Shown here: positions 60,401-64,000 of the stretch, piece by piece | How positions within the stretch are numbered: position 1 is the first letter of the stretch | Layout of the letters: each line of letters starts with the position of its first letter | Assembly (NCBI RefSeq): GCF_001949145.1 | Contig: NW_019091356.1 | Location: forward strand, 1,426,789 to 1,490,788 | Direction: 5' to 3' | From: Acanthaster planci | Taxonomy: Eukaryota | Length of the DNA: 64,000 nt | The notes under the pieces: generated by a model | Told to the model about the DNA's origin: nothing | Databases searched by the model: none | The model's input: only the letters and a program-made list of their open reading frames with translations | Translations under genes and position numbers: made by a program

Positions 60401-63400
60401 CTATTTCTACAGGTTAGAAGTCAGCCGTAACGCCTCCGGGTAAAAAAGCAGTCAGACTCCCCGTACAGATTTTTTTAAAGGGAGCCTTTTAGGTACAGTG
60501 GTGCAGCACTGCATCGGAGGGGTTTTACCCTGTGGAGTAACCTCACTTCTTGTGTCCCTGATCTCAGTAGGGGCTGGGGAAATCCGAATGCCCCCAAAGT
60601 GCTCTTCTCGGTAGACATCATCAGGGGGTCCCAGGTTTTGAGACAAGACACACAGCTGGAGTCGGCCAAACAGGGTTTCCCTCGCCCTTCCGTTTTTTGT
60701 TTTCACACTGATCAGTTTCCTTGATTGGAAACGGGCAGTGGAGCTTGCTTCATAAAATGAGTCCCAGACAGAATTGGAAGATACAAGGGGAGAGTTTCTC
60801 TGTTTGAGCAGCGATGCCATCAGGTTCATATCAGCAACAGGAAAGTATGGTTAGGGGAACTGGGGCAACCTCCCGCAATATTTTGTTCATTTTGATGTAT
60901 CGTCGGCATTGCCATTTTGACGAGCACTTCGTTTTTGAAGACGACAATTCAGTGAGAACTGTGTATGTGTTCATTGTGCCGGTCCTGCACGTCCTAACGT
61001 TGTGACCCGTCTTGGTTGATGGGGTCACACACAAGAAGGATGTGTTGAAAGACTGAATTAATGAATCCCTGATGAGACGAGACCCTCTGTACATTTCTAA
61101 TAACTCTACAGCTTGATTAGATGAACAAAAATGGTTTCTCACAGAATATTTACCCGGAAGTTGACGAGTGTAGTCTCCATCACTAGGAAAAACAACTTCA
61201 GAATAAACCTTTAAAAATTTCATCATTCAGTACAAGGCTTTGGTTTCCAAAAAAAGCCAGTCCCATAAGTTGACAGAGGTTGAGTAGTTCTCATGAAATC
61301 GAAGTACATGTATATCTACTGAGATTTTGATAAGGTTGCCCTGTCTCTAAAAATTAACAACGTTCTGAAACAAAATATTCTCCTGTAAATAGTTTCCCGA
61401 ATTATATGTTTCCTGCCAAAAGAAAGAGGGGCCTTTAATTTGCTAATGCCCGGCAGTGGAGAAACTGGATCGTTGCCCACAGGTTGACCGACTGGCCCAG
61501 ATAAACCTTAGCCTCAAGACACTGCAAAAAAAAAAAAAAAAAAATTGGCCTGTTCTGAGTCGGGGCCCCTCAGTGGCACGTGAAATGTTTGAAGAAGGAC
61601 AACTGATACTGGGGCTAATTTCCCAGCATGGGCGATAGGTCACTCGGAGGTTTGCTTTTATGGGATCGAACTTGCCACCAGTGGCACAATACTTCTCTTC
61701 AGGACTTCTTTTTGATGCTGTTTTTATGAGACGGTAATTTTCTTTCCTCTGAAAAAGGGGAGAGGGGAAATTTGACAGAAGAGAGTTGAAGCGAGCAAAC
61801 ATTGCGAGATAACTTCCTAAAATGACTGTGGCTCTTTCATACCGTAAATGTTACCTAAAACCTGAGGATCGTTTTCAGGAATCCATAAATAGACCTGCAA
61901 GATTTTTGAGAAATCTCTTATGTGGAGTGAAGATTTTTGTAGGACTGGTATAAAATCTGGTGTGATGTATGCCATTTTAATACATACTTCTTTCAGCCCA
62001 ACTTGCCCCTTTATTTAAATGCTTCACTAACCCTGTGCCTGTATAAATGATACATCCCTACTTTTCCTCATCTTACCTTAGTGCAATCCAAATTTTCCCC
62101 TATGCCAGACTAGGTCCATGCACTCCGAAAGACCATCCATTGCCTACTTTATCCCTTATTCCCTTTACCTTCAATAGCTCTATGTCTAACGTCACCTCAG
62201 TGACATTATGGTTCAGGTGTTGCATCTGTTCATCACTGGAGAATGAGGCATTTTCAATATGCTTTCACATTTAATATTAGAAATTAAAAACAAAAAATTA
62301 TAAAAAATGCGCACACTCAAAATCTACAACCATGCTTGTTCGATAGTGTGTGGGGGAAACCTGTATGTTGAAACGTAGCCATTGGGGGATCCAAAACACT
62401 ATTGGGGGCAGACTTTTTGTCTCCACAACTTGGTCCCGACTTTGCCCCTCGGGGTAGTCTTTATTAGGCTTGGGCACAGCAACGAGCGGCTGCAGAGTAG
62501 CGTGTGCAGCCCCGGGCTGTTCCCATGATGCACTGGGTGAAGGAGGTCGGGGGGGGGAGATCCTGGGTTCCGTCAATACAATCTGCCTGCACCCAGTGAT
62601 CCTCTGACAGCAAAAACCGCACCCAGGAAATCAGATCTTACACATTAATGTGCGCTAGAGGAAGAGACTTGAGCCTCAGACGTAGTCTTCTCACATGTGA
62701 CCGGAGCCGCCCCAGCCTGCTGAAGGTTTCAAGCTGCTCATTACATTTTGACACTCGATCACACTTTCAATCTGTGGTCTTCCCCCTCAAGGGGGGAGAC
62801 ATAAAGGACATTTTAAAGGGGCACTCGTGGAAACATAGGGGCTGTTAAACTCATCCATTGGACAATCCAAATGACAGCAGATAGGACAAAAGTTTGTAGT
62901 TTGTGAATTTCTTGTGTAGTGTGTTTTGTAGTGCAAATTGGTCTCAAGTAAACAGTAGTCGCCAAAAATCACAGAAGCCAGCATTCCAACTGTTGTAACA
63001 CCATCCCACCTCGGCACATTTCCCTTTGACATGTACTCGCTGCTTGGGCAGGAAAATATCCACTAGGTTTGTGGGAGTTTAGATTTTTCCAGGCGTCTGC
63101 ACTTTTTACGGGGTGAAAGGACGGGGGAAGCCATCTGCTCATCCGGTATTGGTCCCGTACATTGTTTCATTGTTACCTTGTATCTCTCTGCTTGTAACCA
63201 TCCAGCGTGTGTTTGCTTTGCACTGTTGGATAGCCGCGGACTTTTGAAGTATCGCCGCTTCCTGCTCTACCCTGGGTTATGTGATACCATCCACATCTTG
63301 TACTCTTTTCTTTTTTTGCAGAGGACGGCAAGATTTCTAAGGTAGTCAGGTTACCAGGCACCGACACGACCTGTGAGACTGAGATCCTCTGTGTCACTCC

Positions 63401-63401
63401 G
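376..63401 (+). CDS. SEMA5: Semaphorin-5-like gene, partial (11 internal coding exons encoding most of the Sema domain; 5' and 3' ends outside the window)
   Basis: join(376..421,8271..8333,14699..14797,15092..15305,21825..21913,35175..35207,36180..36288,37438..37631,45275..45390,59337..59407,63322..63401). All introns are GT-AG, all phases are compatible, and there are no stops. Peptide: xDLLVRLQLDDLSVIE/STEWRPREQDIDKCQRKGESL/DKCCNYIRVLLLRGERVFVCGTNAFSPACTWRQ/KSNLSAIEESVTGIARCPYDPSSNTTALFTRDGDLYSATVMDFTARDPVLYRTLGNSRPLRTAQLNSKWLN/EPNFISSYEIGPWVYFFFRERAVEFSNCGR/VVYSRVARVCK/NDTGGQFLLEDNWTTFMKARITCSVSGEYPFHFNEL/QSTFYEESTQTIYGVFTTPSGVAHASAVCAFRLATIEASFQGPFKYQQNSRSAWTSQVNANPHFN/CDMQQSRNLQDAQKYQLMANDVVPSHRVPLVMAKPNEP/QLDRIVVDVVEGKYETYHVMFIGT/EDGKISKVVRLPGTDTTCETEILCVTP. 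It carries Sema motifs (CxNYIR, CGTNAF, RCPYDP, WLNEPNF, SRVARVCKND, WTTFxKAR). LRTAQxNSKWLN, FLLEDxWTTFMKAR, GPFKYQxNSRSAW and RNLQDAQK match vertebrate SEMA5A/5B as I recall them. Confidence 0.95.
7671..7844. mobile_element. Short MITE with degenerate GGCGGATC/GATCCGCC-type TIRs (PIF/Harbinger-like)
   Basis: Left end CAAGGACAGATCTAGG versus reverse complement of right end CAGAGACGGATTTAGA; G/C-rich subterminal sequence. Confidence 0.5.
8271..8333 (+). CDS. SEMA5: SEMA5 exon, 63 nt (phase 0 to 0): STEWRPREQDIDKCQRKGESL
   Basis: cttttgacttcag|TCCACA...TCCTTG|gtaagt; has the W-x9-C-x2-KG pattern of Sema domains. Confidence 0.9.
10787..11043. mobile_element. Decayed MITE of the same GGCGGATCC-terminus type
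   Basis: Starts GAGGGCGGATCCAGAA and ends in a GGGG...CCCCCCCC...GATTTGCTAATG block; the right TIR is strongly decayed. Confidence 0.35.
11700..12170. mobile_element. Foldback/MITE with long inverted arms (core arms about 11761-11894 and 11976-12109)
   Basis: Perfect 19-bp inverted match GTTAAATTTGAATAAAATC (11771-11789) / GATTTTATTCAAATTTAAC (12080-12098). The ORF track shows similar peptides on opposite strands (MPQFTRYSNSIFS... and MAQITRYCNSVFS...). The outer boundaries are approximate. Confidence 0.8.
12872..13104. other. Assembly gap (run of N, about 230 nt)
   Basis: N characters in the sequence. Confidence 0.99.
13940..14405. mobile_element. hAT-like MITE with GAATATTC subterminal repeats
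   Basis: TIRs TAGGACTGTGCCAATT / AATTGACTTAGTCCTA; 8-bp flanks TTTTCAGG / TTATCAGA match 6/8 (decayed TSD); multiple GAATATTC/TATTCGAA motifs near both ends. Confidence 0.75.
14699..14797 (+). CDS. SEMA5: SEMA5 exon, 99 nt (phase 0 to 0): DKCCNYIRVLLLRGERVFVCGTNAFSPACTWRQ
   Basis: cttctcccttcag|GACAAG...AGACAG|gtacac; CxNYIRVL and CGTNAFxPxC motifs. Confidence 0.95.
15092..15305 (+). CDS. SEMA5: SEMA5 exon, 214 nt (phase 0 to 1): KSNLSAIEESVTGIARCPYDP...LRTAQLNSKWLN
   Basis: cttccctgacag|AAATCC...TGAATG|gtgagt; GxARCPYDP, GDLYSAT, DFxxRDP and LRTAQxNSKWLN motifs. Confidence 0.97.
15457..16049 (-). mobile_element. piggyBac-like non-autonomous element, copy 1 (~593 bp, inverted relative to copies 2 and 3)
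   Basis: Ends TTGA|CCACTTC... and ...CCCTGGGGGCAGGTGG|TTAA; its reverse complement is colinear with 16414-17003 and 41739-42309. Confidence 0.8.
16414..17003 (+). mobile_element. piggyBac-like non-autonomous element, copy 2 (590 bp)
   Basis: TTAA|CCACTTGCCACCAGGG ... CCCTGGTCCAAAGCGG|TTAA: intact TTAA TSD, CC..GG termini and a 12/16 TIR match. Confidence 0.85.
17150..17432 (-). mobile_element. tRNA-derived SINE
   Basis: The minus strand begins GGGGGCATGTGGCCAAGCGGTTAGGG, with an A-box TGGCCAAGCGG (17413-17423) and a B-box GGTTCGAATCC (17369-17379). These are followed by a body (+ strand CCCCTGGATGGGATGCCAGTCCATCACAGG) of the kind seen in widespread invertebrate SINEs. Confidence 0.8.
20219..20578. 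mobile_element. Possible Kolobok-like MITE (TTAA-AGG...CCT)
   Basis: AT-rich ~360-bp block starting TTAAAGG and ending GTGACCTTTT, inserted into GC/CpG-rich sequence; TIR similarity is weak. Confidence 0.3.
21241..21360 (-). pseudogene. tRNA-like pseudogene or tRNA-containing repeat fragment
   Basis: Minus strand 21312-21241 reads GGCTGGATAGCTCAGTTGGTAGAGCACTGGTAAGGTATTCAGGAGGCTGCAGGTTCGAGTCCCCCTCCAATC. It has an intact D-arm (GCTC/GAGC), A-box and B-box, but broken anticodon and T stems. Confidence 0.7.
21825..21913 (+). CDS. SEMA5: SEMA5 exon, 89 nt (phase 1 to 0): EPNFISSYEIGPWVYFFFRERAVEFSNCGR
   Basis: tccttgttttacag|AGCCTA...GGCAGG|gtgagt; EPNF and YFFFRExAVE motifs. Confidence 0.95.
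22296..22457. mobile_element. Short GTACTC-repeat MITE (hAT-like termini)
   Basis: Termini TAGTGTTGTAGT / ACTGTAGCACTG with internal TACTCG/TACTCA repeats; same motif family as 24989-26816; no clear TSD. Confidence 0.6.
24197..24350. mobile_element. Small PIF/Harbinger-like MITE
   Basis: AGGGATAGTTCTTT versus reverse complement of AATGAACTGTCTCT (11/14 match); TTA on the right flank; C-run before the right TIR. Confidence 0.4.
25836..25992 (+). repeat. Two diverged direct copies of a ~70-bp segment (period ~90 bp)
   Basis: AATGCTTTTACTGTT...GTGCATCAGAATTGATGAT...TATAAA..CTTCTG occurs at about 25836 and about 25926. Confidence 0.8.
26215..26700 (+). repeat. Minisatellite, main unit ~21 bp (GGTACAAGTACTC[A/G/T]TACTCAGA), with shorter and longer variants
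   Basis: Repeated GGTACAAGTACTCRTACTC units are directly visible. Confidence 0.9.
34343..34642. mobile_element. Tc1/mariner-like MITE with perfect 21-bp inverted repeat
   Basis: CCTTACATACCTAGTGTGGAC (34349-34369) / GTCCACACTAGGTATGTAAGG (34616-34636); the match extends imperfectly outward to TA|CGCTCG and TAAGTG|TG (putative TA TSD, decayed on the right). Confidence 0.75.
35148..35170 (+). repeat. (GTTT)n microsatellite forming the polypyrimidine tract of the 33-nt exon
   Basis: tttttgtttgtttgtttgtttgtttatag directly before 35175. Confidence 0.9.
35175..35207 (+). CDS. SEMA5: SEMA5 mini-exon, 33 nt (phase 0 to 0): VVYSRVARVCK
   Basis: (gttt)n-atag|GTGGTG...TGCAAG|gtaaga; supplies the invariant YSRVARVCK motif that is missing between the flanking exons. 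Confidence 0.93.
36180..36288 (+). CDS. SEMA5: SEMA5 exon, 109 nt (phase 0 to 1): NDTGGQFLLEDNWTTFMKARITCSVSGEYPFHFNEL
   Basis: cctccctgacag|AATGAC...AGCTGC|gtaagt; NDxGG, WTTFMKAR and PFxFNEL motifs. Confidence 0.96.
36573..36925 (+). repeat. Tandem array of four ~87-bp units (87, 86, 90, 86 bp) inside a probable MITE spanning about 36487-36949
   Basis: Unit CTTTTAGCAGGTCCTACAATGGGGTGGGGCTTAAYGGATTG...ATGGCTGATG..AGATGGTCTCAC..CCCCCCTCCCA starts at 36573, 36660, 36746 and 36836; a 9-bp direct repeat GGAGGACAC flanks the insert (36478-36486, 36950-36958). Confidence 0.9.
37438..37631 (+). CDS. SEMA5: SEMA5 exon, 194 nt (phase 1 to 0): QSTFYEES...IYGVFTT...SAVCAF...GPFKYQQNSRSAW...NPHFN
   Basis: cctcccactcccaacag|AGTCCA...TTCAAC|gtgagt; IYGVFTT, SAVCAF and FxGPFKYQ motifs. 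Confidence 0.96.
41739..42309 (+). mobile_element. piggyBac-like non-autonomous element, copy 3 (571 bp)
   Basis: TTAA|CCACTTGCCGCCGGGG ... CCCCGGTGCGAAGTGG|ATAA (13/16 TIR match); colinear with copy 2 except for a ~19-bp deletion between CAAAAGAC repeats. Confidence 0.85.
45275..45390 (+). CDS. SEMA5: SEMA5 exon, 116 nt (phase 0 to 2): CDMQQSRNLQDAQKYQLMANDVVPSHRVPLVMAKPNEP
   Basis: ctttatgttcccag|TGTGAC...ACCACA|gtaagt; RNLQDAQK and LMxxxVxP motifs. Confidence 0.92.
45604..45845. mobile_element. MITE with GGG..CCC termini and AT flanks (ISL2EU/PHIS-like)
   Basis: AT|GGGTAATTCCAGAAA ... TTTCTGGAATTACCC|AT is a perfect inverted match, plus an inner inverted pair GTGTCCCTGTCACATCTGAC / GTCAGATGTAACAGGGACAC. 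Confidence 0.8.
48000..48450 (-). mobile_element. 5'-truncated non-LTR retrotransposon remnant (CR1/L2-group ORF2 C-terminus, frameshifted)
   Basis: The minus strand translates, across frameshifts, to DMITSLKWDT-KQRRK...LIMMKQIFMGTSAIP...LPHSRTEAERNFFVPRTCRDWNRLPDTIV, which matches the LxWxxLxxRR ... FxPRTxxxWNxLP signature of LINE ORF2 ends. Confidence 0.8.
59337..59407 (+). CDS. SEMA5: SEMA5 exon, 71 nt (phase 2 to 1): QLDRIVVDVVEGKYETYHVMFIGT
   Basis: long pyrimidine tract...tgatag|GCTTGA...GCACAG|gtaaga; IVVD and YHVxFIGT motifs. Confidence 0.93.
63322..63401 (+). CDS. SEMA5: SEMA5 exon, 80 nt (phase 1 to 0): EDGKISKVVRLPGTDTTCETEILCVTP
   Basis: ctttttttgcag|AGGACG...ACTCCG|gtaagt; continues GT-E-D-G-x-I-x-K-V in frame and aligns to SEMA5 GTxxGTIxKV...SCLLEEI. 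Confidence 0.88.
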
Positions 63402-64000
63402 GTAAGTACAGAGGCTCCGCTGGTCTTGTTTTGTTAGCTGGCTTGCAGGCAGACTGACTGTTTGGCTAGCTAGGAGGCTGGCTAGATGATGAAATGATGG
63501 GCTTAATTTCGAGCTCATCCATAGGCTGGCTGGATAACTGGGTTGCTTTCCAACCCTCCTCCCCCCCACCAAAAGTTCCCTTGCTACTAGACTGGGTATT
63601 TGGCTGCTGAGTCAGCTGGCCAGGTGGGTTTGATGGTTCCCAGCTTGGCTTCCTGGCTAGTGCCCAGGGTGAGAGGCTTGTGGTAGTACTTGGTATGGTA
63701 TGGTGCAGATGTGTCCAGATCCCACAAAAAAGTCTTACAGCCTTTCAGTATTCTCATTTCAGTCTGCATCTGAAAGAGTCAACTGCACTTCTTGTTTTGA
63801 TGCATCGCTCAACTCAGTGTCCTGATGAAAATGGATATCAAATGTGTGAAAAATGTTGAGGACTCCTCCAAGAATCCTTTAAGGACTTTTATGGCTCTGG
63901 CAATCAATAACCTCTTTCATCGGTCAAAGATTGTCAAGGGATAAGAAATGAATCTTCCTCCCTCTTTACTAGATACATTATCTTGCCACTGTCATTAGTT

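Noticed and set aside
56430..61440. Additional transposon-like segments near 56440-56650, 57566-57993 and 60850-61440
   Set aside because: Their composition suggests repeats, but I could not establish matching TIRs, TSDs or coding similarity
422..63321. Duplicated or mutually exclusive SEMA5 exons (Dscam-like), U12 introns, or known conserved miRNAs/snoRNAs in the introns
   Set aside because: I found no second copy of any exon by eye, all ten introns have ordinary GT-AG U2-type sites, and I recognised no known small-RNA sequence. A tBLASTn/Rfam/miRBase scan is needed to exclude them fully.
1..64000. The many 60-170 aa ORFs in the supplied track as independent genes
   Set aside because: They are short, often use non-ATG starts and show no recognisable domains. 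Those overlapping real exons (for example 15105..15287, 14640..14867, 37396..37635, 21859..22065) are in the wrong frame.

Overview
This is animal genomic DNA, intron-rich, with one assembly gap at about 12872-13104. The whole window lies inside a single + strand gene encoding a class-5 semaphorin (SEMA5-like). I traced 11 GT-AG exons by hand (46, 63, 99, 214, 89, 33, 109, 194, 116, 71 and 80 nt; 1114 nt in total). They splice in phase into about 370 aa of the Sema beta-propeller domain, and the start and stop codons lie outside the window. None of the supplied ORF calls is a real gene: they are wrong-frame overlaps of exons, transposon sequence or noise. The introns contain many non-autonomous DNA transposons (piggyBac-like TTAA elements, hAT-like, Tc1/mariner-like, ISL2EU-like and Harbinger-like MITEs), two tRNA-derived elements, LINE 3' remnants and minisatellites. 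I found no prokaryote-type system such as CRISPR or an operon, and nothing I can call a new biological system. The most interesting candidates are: (1) three ~590-bp piggyBac-like copies whose orientations could set up competing pre-mRNA pairing, either a local hairpin or a long-range pairing around four exons; (2) a 33-nt in-frame mini-exon with an upstream cryptic donor held in a hairpin; (3) two non-canonical cysteines in the Sema domain; (4) a CpG-rich intronic patch. The host is probably an invertebrate and possibly an echinoderm, but this is inference only.
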